IMG/VR virus record: IMGVR_UViG_3300045988_105372
Location: 51,462-115,461 of that record
Direction: 5' to 3' (one strand)
Source of the DNA: a virus
DNA: 64,000 nucleotides
Shown: positions 29,096 through 39,116 of the stretch, in pieces
Numbering within the stretch: the stretch's first letter is position 1
Layout: every line of letters starts with the position of its first letter
Position numbers and translations under genes: made by a program
Notes under the pieces: generated by a model
The model's input: only the letters and a program-made list of their open reading frames with translations
The model's database searches: none
Told to the model about the DNA's origin: nothing

Positions 29096-30160
29096 TTAAA
29101 TGTTTACTTTATAAATTTTACCTGAATCTACTCTAACCATAAGTGAATTACGAGAAGTAGCTATAAATCCTAAACCACTCATCTGATTATTATCATAAGG
29201 AGTTAAAGCTTTAGATGCTAATACTTCAAATACTCTCTTATGATTCTTAGTGAGTTCGTCTTTAAGATACTCATTAAAATATCCACGAACAGCATCTGGA
29301 TTCTTACAATCCTTCAACATAAAGAAATAGTGCTTAGCACCTACCTTATTATTTCCCCAGTAATTTGGAGATAAACATATAGCAGACACTTCAACAAAGT
29401 TCTGAGTCTTTACTCCCCAAATTTCTTTAGATGCTGTAGTACTACTTAAATGTTCTTTAGTAAAGATAACTTCACGTCCATTAGAAGTAAAGTCTAATAC
29501 TGGAACATCGCTCTTATGAGGGACGTCTTTATCATACACATAAGTATGAACAACTCCATTGAGTTCTACTTCTACTTCAAATCCTAAATCAATATTTTCA
29601 ACTTTAGCAAAGTTGTTAATAAATACTTTATAAGTACCTGCTTTAGGAATTCCTGAGAAAATGATATTTTCTACAGCATTGCGAGAGAATTTCTTAGGAT
29701 TATTACGTTCTTCAAAAGCACTACCTCCACAGGCATTCATATCTACATCAAGAAGGTCTGCTTTATTACCATAATAAATGTGTCCATAAGGACTATCCAT
29801 ATGTAAATCTAAATCATCGTAATTATACCAATGAAGAGAGATTCTCATATAGCCATCTACCTTACCTCCTACTTCTTTAACACGTTGTTTAATAGCATCA
29901 GAGATATTACCATTATATGCCCAAGCAAACCCATTATTCCATTTAAACATAGAAGGAGCTTCTTTATTAACTGGGGCAGTAAGAGTTACTAAATTATTAT
30001 TTAACTTATTGTCAAAGAATAATTCAAGCTTACTAGCCTTAGAAACAATATTATTAAGGAACTCTTCCATAGTTGTTGGAATCGCAGTCTTCTCAAAGTC
30101 TGTAGCAGTTTTGCTAGTATTAGAAGTTTCATTCATAAGAGAATCAAATCCTCCTAACAT
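29096..30160 (-). CDS. C-terminal part (354 aa) of a ~680-aa protein split by a 13-bp tandem duplication
   Basis: removing one copy of ACTCAGGTAGAAA (30286-30311) fuses 30270..31142 in-frame to this ORF. Confidence 0.5.
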   Translation of the reverse strand: MLGGFDSLMNETSNTSKTATDFEKTAIPTTMEEFLNNIVSKASKLELFFDNKLNNNLVTLTAPVNKEAPSMFKWNNGFAWAYNGNISDAIKQRVKEVGGKVDGYMRISLHWYNYDDLDLHMDSPYGHIYYGNKADLLDVDMNACGGSAFEERNNPKKFSRNAVENIIFSGIPKAGTYKVFINNFAKVENIDLGFEVEVELNGVVHTYVYDKDVPHKSDVPVLDFTSNGREVIFTKEHLSSTTASKEIWGVKTQNFVEVSAICLSPNYWGNNKVGAKHYFFMLKDCKNPDAVRGYFNEYLKDELTKNHKRVFEVLASKALTPYDNNQMSGLGFIATSRNSLMVRVDSGKIYKVNI

Positions 30161-30269
30161 TCTCTTACGAGTTTCTCTATTTACAAAGATAACATCTTCA
30201 ATAGATATATCTTCTACTTTAGCATGACGACGCTCTAAAGCATCTTCATAGCCAAGTTCTACTACAGTT

Positions 30270-31142
30270 TTATAAGCATTTTCTACCTGAGTTTTCTACC
30301 TGAGTTTTAGTGATAATACCCTTAGGTCTCTTATAATTATAAGGAGCAACCATAGCTTCAAACTTCTTAACTGAACTTTCAACATTGTTAGTATCAGTTA
30401 TGTCTTTAAGAAGCTGACCTATAGCACTATTAAGTATATGTGTTACAGCATCAGGAAGTACACAAGAAGATATCCAAGCATAATTATCTAACTCAAAACC
30501 TTCCAAGTGCTTATTCTCTATTGTATCAAGAGCAGTCTTTAAAGCACTCACTTGACGTAGATAAGTGTCACCTCTATAGAGGTTATCATCTGCAATTAAG
30601 TCTAATACTGTTTGTACAGAATTATAGTTAATTTCAGATAAAGTTCTTATCCATACATCATGTGAAGATTTAGCACCTGCACGGAATGTTGGAGTCTGAG
30701 ACTTATCCATAATTAAATTACTTGTAGGAGTAGCATAAAAATGGTTCCAAGTAATTATTTCTTTAGAAGGTAGTATTTGCTGATTACATTTACAACCCAT
30801 TGTAGTCTCTTCCGTAACAAATGCATTCCTAATTTTAGTATTTTTAAGCACTTGTAACATATTGTCTACAACTTTAGCAAACATTCCTTCAGCATGAACA
30901 TCCTCCCAGTAAGAATGTATTTTATAATTCTCATCTACAGAGACTAATGCTCCATAGCGAGTAATGAAATGTTTACAATTTACACAGTTAAATTCTTGAC
31001 GTACGGCTCCTTCAGGGAAAGATTCCATATAAGCCATCCATAAAAATTCTTTTTGAGTGTCAAGAATAAAGAGATGCTTGTTCTCTTTAATCATCTTATT
31101 ACATGCTTCTGTAACAAGATTTCTAAAATCTAAGTATTCCAT
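30270..31142 (-). CDS. N-terminal part (290 aa) of split ~680-aa protein; frame terminated 9 codons after the 13-bp duplication
   Basis: ORF track; see 30286-30311 repeat. Confidence 0.5.
   Translation of the reverse strand: MEYLDFRNLVTEACNKMIKENKHLFILDTQKEFLWMAYMESFPEGAVRQEFNCVNCKHFITRYGALVSVDENYKIHSYWEDVHAEGMFAKVVDNMLQVLKNTKIRNAFVTEETTMGCKCNQQILPSKEIITWNHFYATPTSNLIMDKSQTPTFRAGAKSSHDVWIRTLSEINYNSVQTVLDLIADDNLYRGDTYLRQVSALKTALDTIENKHLEGFELDNYAWISSCVLPDAVTHILNSAIGQLLKDITDTNNVESSVKKFEAMVAPYNYKRPKGIITKTQVENSGRKCL
30286..30311. repeat. perfect 13-bp tandem duplication ACTCAGGTAGAAA x2 (minus sense) causing a +13 frameshift
   Basis: plus strand TTTCTACCTGAGT TTTCTACCTGAGT. Confidence 0.8.
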
Positions 31143-31190
31143 AAAATTTTTAAAAGTTAGAAAAAGAGGGAGAGATTATTCCCTCCCTCT
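31143..31190 (-). terminator. rho-independent terminator (AGAGGGAG...CTCCCTCT + U-run)
   Basis: GC-rich 8-bp stem 31165-31190, A-rich 31143-31164 on plus. Confidence 0.5.
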
Positions 31191-31204
31191 GTGATACTTA
31201 ATGT

Positions 31205-32758
31205 TTATACATTTACATTGGTGTTTTCTACATCGCCATTAACGTTAACATTCTTATTAACCTTAGCATCAATGGTGTTAGCCTTCATAATGTCTGCCAT
31301 ATCTACACCTGTGGCATCTTTTACAATGTCACGAGTCTGCTTAATAATAGCAGGTACATTACCAGAAATACCAGAAGCCTCAGAACCATTAGTTCCATAA
31401 ACTGTCATATTGCTAATCTTACTCATAGGTTCAGCAATATACTTAGCCATATCAGGAAGAACTTTCTCATTAAGTTTAGAAAGCATGTCAATTACAGCAA
31501 TAGAGCCATACTTACTGTATGCTTCAGCCTTCTTCTGCATAGCCTCAGCTTCTGCAAGACCCTTAGCCTTCACACCTTCAGCTTCTGCCAAAAGTTTAGC
31601 TTTAGTACCTTCAGCTTCTGCAGTCAAGGTCTGTTGAGTAGCATATGCTTCAGCTTCACCCTTAGCACGAATACCTGCTGCCTCCTGCTCCTGAGAATAA
31701 CGATTAGCTTCAGCCTTAGCTTTTACAGCCTTAGCAGTTTGCTCTGCTTTATAAGCTTCAGCCTCAGCCTCACGCTTCTGCTTCTCCAAAGCAGCCTGAG
31801 CATCAATTTCTGTCTGATACTTGTCAGCATCAGCCTTAGCATTTACATCTGCAAGATACTCATTCTGCTTAATCTTAATCTTCTCCTCAGACAAGGTCTG
31901 TTCTTTACGAGTCTTCTCAATATCAGCATCTACAGTCTTGATATTAATAGTTTTCTGCTGCTCTTGCTGCTGAATTTCATATGCGGCATCAGATTCAGCC
32001 TTCTTAATATCAGATAATCTCTTCAGTTCGGCTCTCTTAATAGCTAATTCATTATTACGTTCAGCAATAATGGTGTCAGCCTTTACTCGTGCTTCATTAG
32101 CCTCATTGTCAGCCTCAGCCTGAGCCTTAGCTACATCTCTATCAGCATTAGCACGGGTAATCTTAGCATTCTTCTGAATAGCTGCTGTATTATCAGCTCC
32201 CAAATCACGGATCAAGCCTTTCTCATCAGTAATATTCTGAATATTGCAAGACAAAATCTCAAGACCTAACTTAGTCATATCAGGAGCTGCCTTCTTCTGA
32301 ATTTCATCAGAGAATGCATCTCTATCAGTGTTAATCTTAATCAAGTCAAGAGAACCTACTACTTCACGCATATTACCCTCCAAAGAATCTTTCACTTGAG
32401 CTGCAATCTGCACAGAATTCATATTCAAGAAGTTCTTAGCTGCAAGTCTAGTGCCTTCTGTATCAGGTTTTACCCTAACTTTACATACGGCATCTACCAT
32501 TACATCCAAGAAATCATGAGTAGGAACTGGTTGTGAAGTCTTAACATCAACTGTTACTTGACCAAGATATACTTTATCTAATCGTTCAAGTACAGGAATT
32601 TTTACTCCACCACCACCGATAAGTACTCGTGGCTCCTTACGAAAACCTGAAAGAATGTACGCCATCGAAGGAGGAGCTTTAACATACATTGTAGCAATAA
32701 TAACAAGCAGTACAATAATAACGACTGCGATAACACCAATAAGAACTAAATGTTCCAT
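31205..32758 (-). CDS. flotillin-like SPFH/band-7 domain protein with N-terminal TM helix and long Ala/Glu-rich coiled coil (517 aa)
   Basis: TM helix LVLIGVIAVVIIVLLVIIA, SPFH-like region, EAEA/KAKA coiled-coil repeats. Confidence 0.55.
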   Translation of the reverse strand: MEHLVLIGVIAVVIIVLLVIIATMYVKAPPSMAYILSGFRKEPRVLIGGGGVKIPVLERLDKVYLGQVTVDVKTSQPVPTHDFLDVMVDAVCKVRVKPDTEGTRLAAKNFLNMNSVQIAAQVKDSLEGNMREVVGSLDLIKINTDRDAFSDEIQKKAAPDMTKLGLEILSCNIQNITDEKGLIRDLGADNTAAIQKNAKITRANADRDVAKAQAEADNEANEARVKADTIIAERNNELAIKRAELKRLSDIKKAESDAAYEIQQQEQQKTINIKTVDADIEKTRKEQTLSEEKIKIKQNEYLADVNAKADADKYQTEIDAQAALEKQKREAEAEAYKAEQTAKAVKAKAEANRYSQEQEAAGIRAKGEAEAYATQQTLTAEAEGTKAKLLAEAEGVKAKGLAEAEAMQKKAEAYSKYGSIAVIDMLSKLNEKVLPDMAKYIAEPMSKISNMTVYGTNGSEASGISGNVPAIIKQTRDIVKDATGVDMADIMKANTIDAKVNKNVNVNGDVENTNVNV

Positions 32759-32836
32759 AAATTTGTAAATGTTTAAATAATAAAAATTAAATATCTAAGA
32801 ACTAACTGATGTTAATTCCAAGGGGGCATTTATTTT

Positions 32837-33991
32837 TTATAATTCGTAATTTACAAGACCTGTAGCTTTACTTGTAGAATAGCAACTATTAATTATATAT
32901 ATTCTAATATTCCCATAATCAGTCATAGTTACTACATATTTTTCTTTAATACTTACCATCAATATACGATCATCCTCAAAATAATCTCCAGGTTCCAGAT
33001 ATTTTAACTCTTTATCCTCAGTAGTGGAACCATAATCCTCATTGAACTTAGTAGACCATTCATTATAGAATTTTCTTTCTTCACTAGTATATTTCTCCCA
33101 ATCTTTCTTTTTAATTTCTTTAAACTTATAAAAAGCTTTTAATATATTCTTTATATTTTCAGGAGTAAATTTCAAGTCACAATGTCTGATTTGTACTTCT
33201 CTATACAAATAAGTAAATCTAGAGAATTCAATATTAAAAGTTTCTTTAATATTAGGAAGAGCTTTCACTCCATGAATATTAATTTCAGTTGCTATAGCTT
33301 TAATTAAGTCTATAGTAATAATATTCATAGAATGAGTTAACTCTATAACCTTCTCTATAGCAGTTTTATCTTCCAAGATATCATTAAGAATCTCTCTAGT
33401 AACTTCCTCAGAAAGATTACTGAAAGACTTTTTATATCTTATTCTAGAAGGTCTACCAAGAAGATTTGGGTCTACATTTAACTCATTAGTAGTAAGTAAA
33501 AATACCTTACGATAAATAGAGTTATAAGTACCATCCATGAAAGAAAGAACATCAGAAGAATTTTTAAATTCTTTCTCATATTCATCAAAGAAGAAGATAC
33601 AGTCAAAATCAATAGATGTAGATAAATATTTTATTAATTTACTATTAGTATCAACCCCCATTGATTGCACTAAGATTACAGGAAGCTGTAAACGATTACA
33701 AAGTTCCTTTGCAACGACCGTCTTACCAGTTCCTTTGATTCCATCTAGCAGAACACCTAAATTTCCTGTAGTGTTCTCATATGTCTTTAAGACATAATCA
33801 ATAAATTTTTGGTTTAGACCATACAGTTTGTAATCAAACGTAAAAGACTCAGCGATTTTACTTAAGTAAAATCCAGTCATTGAGACTTTTACTTCATAAA
33901 TACCTTTCGGTAATCCTTCAGGATGAGATACTGTTGTTGCACTACCCTGACTAAAAACGTTGCCATCTTGCAACCAAATTTGTTTACCCAT
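32837..33991 (-). CDS. AAA+ ATPase (384 aa)
   Basis: Walker A GIKGTGKT, Walker B IFFFDEYEK. Confidence 0.6.
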   Translation of the reverse strand: MGKQIWLQDGNVFSQGSATTVSHPEGLPKGIYEVKVSMTGFYLSKIAESFTFDYKLYGLNQKFIDYVLKTYENTTGNLGVLLDGIKGTGKTVVAKELCNRLQLPVILVQSMGVDTNSKLIKYLSTSIDFDCIFFFDEYEKEFKNSSDVLSFMDGTYNSIYRKVFLLTTNELNVDPNLLGRPSRIRYKKSFSNLSEEVTREILNDILEDKTAIEKVIELTHSMNIITIDLIKAIATEINIHGVKALPNIKETFNIEFSRFTYLYREVQIRHCDLKFTPENIKNILKAFYKFKEIKKKDWEKYTSEERKFYNEWSTKFNEDYGSTTEDKELKYLEPGDYFEDDRILMVSIKEKYVVTMTDYGNIRIYIINSCYSTSKATGLVNYEL

Positions 33992-34105
33992 TTTGATAAA
34001 TGTTTAATAATTACTTTAATAAATTTATAAGAATATCTATGTTATATAACATATTATCAATTATTTTAATAGAGTTATTAATATGTTCTTCCATAATTAA
34101 CAGTT

Positions 34106-34150
34106 AAAATTAAACAAAAATCCCTGAACTATAATAATAGCCCAGGGATT
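34106..34150 (-). terminator. rho-independent terminator (AATCCCTG...CAGGGATT + UUUUUG)
   Basis: 8-bp stem, 16-nt loop, U-run in minus sense. Confidence 0.4.
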
Positions 34151-34182
34151 AAAAACAAATAATAAAAACAGTTCTATGAACT

Positions 34183-34300
34183 AGTGGAGCATTGGAGAGT
34201 CGAACTCCAGTCTTGCATATTTGCATCAAAACGTTCTTACAGCATAGGTTTTAAAGACTATCCTTGTCTGTTAGGGTTGACAAGATTAGCATTGCCAACT
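34183..34300 (-). ncRNA. tRNA-like element: perfect T-arm TGGAG-TTCGACT-CTCCA and 3' acceptor-like ATGCTCCA but no canonical D/anticodon arms
   Basis: manual inspection; lies in 650-nt non-coding region. Confidence 0.25.
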
Positions 34301-34646
34301 TCCACCACTCTGTTCCTAAAGTATACAGAGAACTAATAAAGAAATAAAAGAATAATGCACCTTTCCGTTCCCAAGCAAGTGCTGCTCGGTTTCTTAGGCT
34401 GCAATAGCGTAAGAAACAGGAGTCATATTGATAACTCTAGCGATTATTGTTTTGTTGTCTCTCCAACTGTCTTGCTGTGTTTCTTATCTCCTATACAATC
34501 AAAACCACGAATGCCCCAATTTAAAAGAGTCCTAAGTTAGAACTCTTTTATAAATTAGTGTCTACCACGTAAATAATTGTAATTATTATACCAATCATCT
34601 GGATCTATTCTATCTTCATTATCCATAATTTAAAACTTAATTAATG

Positions 34647-34976
34647 TTAAAAACTAAATTGAATATCTCTATTGACATCTAATAATCCTCCTTGCCAATT
34701 AGATTGAATATCCATACTAAACCATGTACCATATTTAGTTCTTGCAAACCAAATAAGATGATCGTCGTACTCAGGAATATAACAACCTATAAAATAGTCA
34801 GTATCTCCATTCCATATCCAACTACAGTTAAGAGCACTATTAACTAAATGTATCTTTAGATGTATATCAGCTTTATTAAAAGGAATTACTTTCTTTATAT
34901 AAGCTTTATATAACCTACTTGGTGAACATTTACCATCATCAAAGAAATTATAAATCTGTCTCTTTTTCGGAATCAT
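34647..34976 (-). CDS. hypothetical protein (109 aa)
   Basis: ORF track. Confidence 0.45.
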   Translation of the reverse strand: MIPKKRQIYNFFDDGKCSPSRLYKAYIKKVIPFNKADIHLKIHLVNSALNCSWIWNGDTDYFIGCYIPEYDDHLIWFARTKYGTWFSMDIQSNWQGGLLDVNRDIQFSF

Positions 34977-35574
34977 TAATCATACATTGTCTTAATATAG
35001 CTTCATTAACTATATTATCATTTGCTCTTGCGAGTTTATCTAGTAATTCCAGATTAAATTCTTCTTTTTGAAACTTGAATTGAATCCAATTAGGTTCAAA
35101 TTCTCTGTAATCTAGATGAGACAGAGGTTCATCTGTATTTAATACATATTTAACTAGTCTAGTTAAACGTTCTCCAGCTAGTTTAGATACTACAAAACCA
35201 GATAAATCATAACCTACACCTCTACTTCTCCAATATTCACCAACTTCAGGTTTAGAATCCGGAGCAACATAGAACATTTTATAATAATCTGAAGACTCTA
35301 AAGTTACATAAGTACCTAACTGACTACTACAACATATACCTAAACCAATATTAGAATACAAATTTCCATCACGCTCTAATGTAAGAAATACTGGAACTTT
35401 ATCAGGGTCTAAATTATTAATCTCACAATTACGTAGTGCAGTGTGAACATACTCAAGTAATTTAGATACTGATATAGTACTTAGTTTAGTATCTTCTTCA
35501 CTTTTGTTCTCTTTAATGGCAGCATCAGAACATCTAGTGTGCCAATTTTTCCATTTATCTCCTTCTAAATACAT
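34948..35574 (-). CDS. hypothetical protein (208 aa)
   Basis: ORF track. Confidence 0.45.
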   Translation of the reverse strand: MYLEGDKWKNWHTRCSDAAIKENKSEEDTKLSTISVSKLLEYVHTALRNCEINNLDPDKVPVFLTLERDGNLYSNIGLGICCSSQLGTYVTLESSDYYKMFYVAPDSKPEVGEYWRSRGVGYDLSGFVVSKLAGERLTRLVKYVLNTDEPLSHLDYREFEPNWIQFKFQKEEFNLELLDKLARANDNIVNEAILRQCMINDSEKETDL

Positions 35575-35683
35575 AGCAATTAACTTATATAATACAATAA
35601 AAAAGTCATAGAAACAATTAATATTCCTATCATAATAAAGAATAGAATTATAAATTGAATATCTGCATTCATATTATAAATAC

Positions 35684-35893
35684 TTAATCACCTCCAGGCA
35701 GGCTATCTAAATACTGTGGAATAGTTACTTCAGTATTATTCTTCTCTTTTTCAAGTTGCTGAATAGCATTTGACTGTCTATCTACAATTATTTGCAATTC
35801 CAGAATTTTTGCTTTCTGATAATAGTAGCTAGGAACTGACCAAGCTAAAACAATTATAAAACAAATTGTTGGTAATATCCAAAGTTTATTCAT
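35684..35893 (-). CDS. small membrane-anchored protein (69 aa)
   Basis: ORF track; N-terminal TM. Confidence 0.35.
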   Translation of the reverse strand: MNKLWILPTICFIIVLAWSVPSYYYQKAKILELQIIVDRQSNAIQQLEKEKNNTEVTIPQYLDSLPGGD

Positions 35894-35912
35894 ATTTTTT
35901 ATTTTTTTATTT

Positions 35913-36152
35913 TTAACACCAAATTACATAAACTCCATGGTTCCCCTTATAACGAAGACTAATCTCAAATCCTAACTCTTTAAGGTAATTATAATATTTG
36001 TCAACATTAGTTGGCGGAAGTATAGAACCAATCCAAGCTGCATAATTACCTTTACTAGCTTCTTTAATTATAGCAAAGTTTATTTGATCTAATATATGTG
36101 GGTCTAATACAGCAGACCTAGATATAGTCTTTGCTTCTGTTGCTTTAGTCAT
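35913..36152 (-). CDS. hypothetical protein (79 aa)
   Basis: ORF track. Confidence 0.35.
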   Translation of the reverse strand: MTKATEAKTISRSAVLDPHILDQINFAIIKEASKGNYAAWIGSILPPTNVDKYYNYLKELGFEISLRYKGNHGVYVIWC

Positions 36153-36553
36153 AACTTTTTAATTTTTAAACTAGCATCTTTAAACCATATATTAAGTCTA
36201 TCTATGGCACTTTCCCATTCAGATTGAGAGCAGATTTTATAATATTTTAAAAAGTTAGTATTATCTGCATTAAATTGGTATATACCTATACATTTACCAC
36301 CAGGAGTGATTTTAGTTACAGTATATCCAGTACCATCATTGATAACTACTTTTAGATAAGATGTGTTATCTTTATAGTAAGGATGTTCTCTAAGAGCGTG
36401 ATTACTAACTTGCAGTTTTTTAGCTCTTATATTATTTATTATTTCTCCTATAATATTCTCTATATTATCTCTTTGACTTAGAAACTTTATTTTAAGTTTT
36501 TCCAAGTCCTCAATAGACATTTCCGAATAGTTATTTATATTTTCTGTTTCCAT
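36149..36553 (-). CDS. hypothetical protein (134 aa)
   Basis: ORF track. Confidence 0.45.
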   Translation of the reverse strand: METENINNYSEMSIEDLEKLKIKFLSQRDNIENIIGEIINNIRAKKLQVSNHALREHPYYKDNTSYLKVVINDGTGYTVTKITPGGKCIGIYQFNADNTNFLKYYKICSQSEWESAIDRLNIWFKDASLKIKKL

Positions 36554-36555
36554 AA

Positions 36556-36855
36556 CTATAATTTTTTTAATATTTTTACATTCTTAATTAATGGCTCACC
36601 ATCAGTACCAGTTTCATCTAACAAATCACCGGTTACTAGATATTTATTGCCAGTAAAGTATTTTACATTATATATAAAATCATTAAATGCCATCTCATTT
36701 GTTAGAGATGGAAGAACAGGAGAGTATATTCCATTTATGTTTTTATGAGCTTCATAAACAGACACACCCTTTTCTTTACCTATTACTTCATTATTATTGT
36801 TCCATATAGATGAACATTCATCATCTGGAATTTCACCAAATCTATAGAATATCAT
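36556..36855 (-). CDS. hypothetical protein (99 aa)
   Basis: ORF track. Confidence 0.4.
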   Translation of the reverse strand: MIFYRFGEIPDDECSSIWNNNNEVIGKEKGVSVYEAHKNINGIYSPVLPSLTNEMAFNDFIYNVKYFTGNKYLVTGDLLDETGTDGEPLIKNVKILKKL

Positions 36856-37001
36856 TTATTTTTTTAAGTTCTATACTACTAAATGCCAAAAATATCCATC
36901 TACTAGTTGAGATATATCTGGTTCTAAACTTTTTAGGTCTTTGAGAATGGAGTATGTAAATTCTTCTAAGATCTCTAAGTCATTGTCACTGTTATTCATG
37001 T

Positions 37002-37352
37002 TCAGTTCTCTTTAATACCTAGAATATCGTTGATTTTCCTTTCAATAAACTCATCAGAAGTATTTTCTTTTATTAGAGCATCAATGTCAGGCAACTCTAC
37101 ATCAACTTTATCTTCTTGTACTTTTGAAGTGAGCATACCAATTACTAATTTCGCCCAAGGACTATTAGCCATATTTGTTAATGAATCCTTTTGGATTTCA
37201 TAAGCTTTCTTTAATTCTCCATTATCACGGAAATATCTGAGAACATCTGTTAGTGCAGCAACAAAGTTTTTATCAGACATTGAATTATTTTTAGCCTCTT
37301 CCAGTTTAATCATTAGAAAAAGCAATGATGAATGTAAATCTGTTTTGCTCAT
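37002..37352 (-). CDS. hypothetical protein (116 aa)
   Basis: ORF track. Confidence 0.4.
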   Translation of the reverse strand: MSKTDLHSSLLFLMIKLEEAKNNSMSDKNFVAALTDVLRYFRDNGELKKAYEIQKDSLTNMANSPWAKLVIGMLTSKVQEDKVDVELPDIDALIKENTSDEFIERKINDILGIKEN

Positions 37353-37354
37353 AA

Positions 37355-37732
37355 CTATTCTTCTCTTATACCAAATGGAGTTCCATCTGCAAATGTATAT
37401 TCTTTAATAGCATCTGAATAATTAATAGTATCATCAACATCTGTTATAAGACTATACTCGATTTCTCCTATTAGTTTAGTCCATCCAAATGGTTGATGCT
37501 TTTGCATTTCTGCCCAACACTCTTCTGCATTCTTGAATGGACGATACTTTGGTTCTGGCTTGATGCGATATTCTGTATTATTCCAAAACTCAATCTCTTT
37601 CATTTCCGTCCAATCATTCATATCTTGCCAACTTTTGCTTAATGCACTCGGCTTTGTCCTACACTCAATTGCCTCTCCTTCTGCAAAAGCTTGCAGAATA
37701 GGATAAAATTTTTTAGCTTGATTTCTGTTCAT
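37355..37732 (-). CDS. hypothetical protein (125 aa)
   Basis: ORF track. Confidence 0.4.
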   Translation of the reverse strand: MNRNQAKKFYPILQAFAEGEAIECRTKPSALSKSWQDMNDWTEMKEIEFWNNTEYRIKPEPKYRPFKNAEECWAEMQKHQPFGWTKLIGEIEYSLITDVDDTINYSDAIKEYTFADGTPFGIREE

Positions 37733-37737
37733 ATTAA

Positions 37738-38082
37738 TTATAATTTGATTGGAAAACCATGAACATAAACTTCACGATTGTCATAAGTACCATCTTTTTT
37801 CTCCATATGGAAGAAAAGGGTCAAACTCAATGTCGCACACATAAACCTTTCCGATGGTGAACGATATGGAACTATTCTGGAAAGCTGACCTACACGTCCA
37901 TCCTCATCCATAATCTTATCTCCAATTTTAACAGGCAAGGCTTTAATATAGTCTTCTTGAAATTGTTTCATTTCTTGAAGTAGCTCATCGCGTCTTACAT
38001 TTAATTTGTCCCTTTTATCTATAAAAGATCTAATAATTTCTAGCCATCTTTCTGCATTCCTTTCTACTTCTTCTTTAGTCAT
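37738..38082 (-). CDS. hypothetical protein (114 aa)
   Basis: ORF track. Confidence 0.4.
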   Translation of the reverse strand: MTKEEVERNAERWLEIIRSFIDKRDKLNVRRDELLQEMKQFQEDYIKALPVKIGDKIMDEDGRVGQLSRIVPYRSPSERFMCATLSLTLFFHMEKKDGTYDNREVYVHGFPIKL

Positions 38083-38513
38083 ATTCTATTTACTTCTTTT
38101 ATAGTAATATTAACACGGAATGAGAATCCATTACCTATTTTATACACTCTATGACCAACATAGACAGTTTTAATTTCGTAGGAGTGCTTCAATTCTTTAG
38201 TTTTAGATTGATTTTTGTAAAACTCTGGAACTCTATTTACTTCCCACCAAGAACCTCCTTCATCGCCACGAGATTCTATCCATACAGGTTCTTTAGTATC
38301 TTTATCTTGACAATAAACCATACCACGAACTTTATCATACATAAAGATTGATTCTACCTCAAAATCTACGTCTTCTAGAGTGGCATAAAATTTACAATAT
38401 TCATCAAATTTAACAAAAGATTCTTCATCATTGTATAAGTCTATTTTGAGTATTTCTAGATTATTCTTTTCGACAATTTCTAGAATTGACTTTTTAACAT
38501 TTATTTTACCCAT
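38079..38513 (-). CDS. hypothetical protein (144 aa)
   Basis: ORF track. Confidence 0.45.
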   Translation of the reverse strand: MGKINVKKSILEIVEKNNLEILKIDLYNDEESFVKFDEYCKFYATLEDVDFEVESIFMYDKVRGMVYCQDKDTKEPVWIESRGDEGGSWWEVNRVPEFYKNQSKTKELKHSYEIKTVYVGHRVYKIGNGFSFRVNITIKEVNRI

Positions 38514-38817
38514 TATTCATCCTCTAATTCTTTAAGTGCATCCTCAATATTGCCCATAGCCTTCCAAAGAAGATTATGCTGAGTAGCACCGCCTTTATTG
38601 TATTCATCAAGCTGACTGAATGCTTGACTTAATAATTCCTTAATTTTGCTCATTACTTTCTCTCCTTTGTATTACATGTTGCTTGGTCTCCTTCATAGTA
38701 AGGAGCACCAACTTTAGGTAATACTTGAGTATCCATATTACAGGAACATTGCATCACCCAAGGTGCGTTTACCTTTCCACATCTAGGGCATATCCATCCT
38801 TCTTGTGCCATATTATT

Positions 38818-39072
38818 TTATTTTTTAAAAACTACCGCAGAATCTACTGGTGTATTTCCTTCATACGTGATACGTAATTCAGTTTTACCTTTATATACAT
38901 CGATTGCTCGTGGTCTACTATTTATGTATCCAATAATAAGTAATAAACCAGTTATAAATCCTACATAAGATATTATAACACCTATTTTTTCATCAGATTC
39001 ATGTATGATTGCTATTTCTAAACAAATAGTAAGAATCACAAGAAGGATTCCTAATATTAACCAAATTAACAT
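38818..39072 (-). CDS. small membrane protein (84 aa)
   Basis: ORF track; two TM helices. Confidence 0.35.
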   Translation of the reverse strand: MLIWLILGILLVILTICLEIAIIHESDEKIGVIISYVGFITGLLLIIGYINSRPRAIDVYKGKTELRITYEGNTPVDSAVVFKK

Positions 39073-39116
39073 TTCTTTTATTTTATCTTCTCCCTTTTAT
39101 AGGAAAGAGTGATTAA

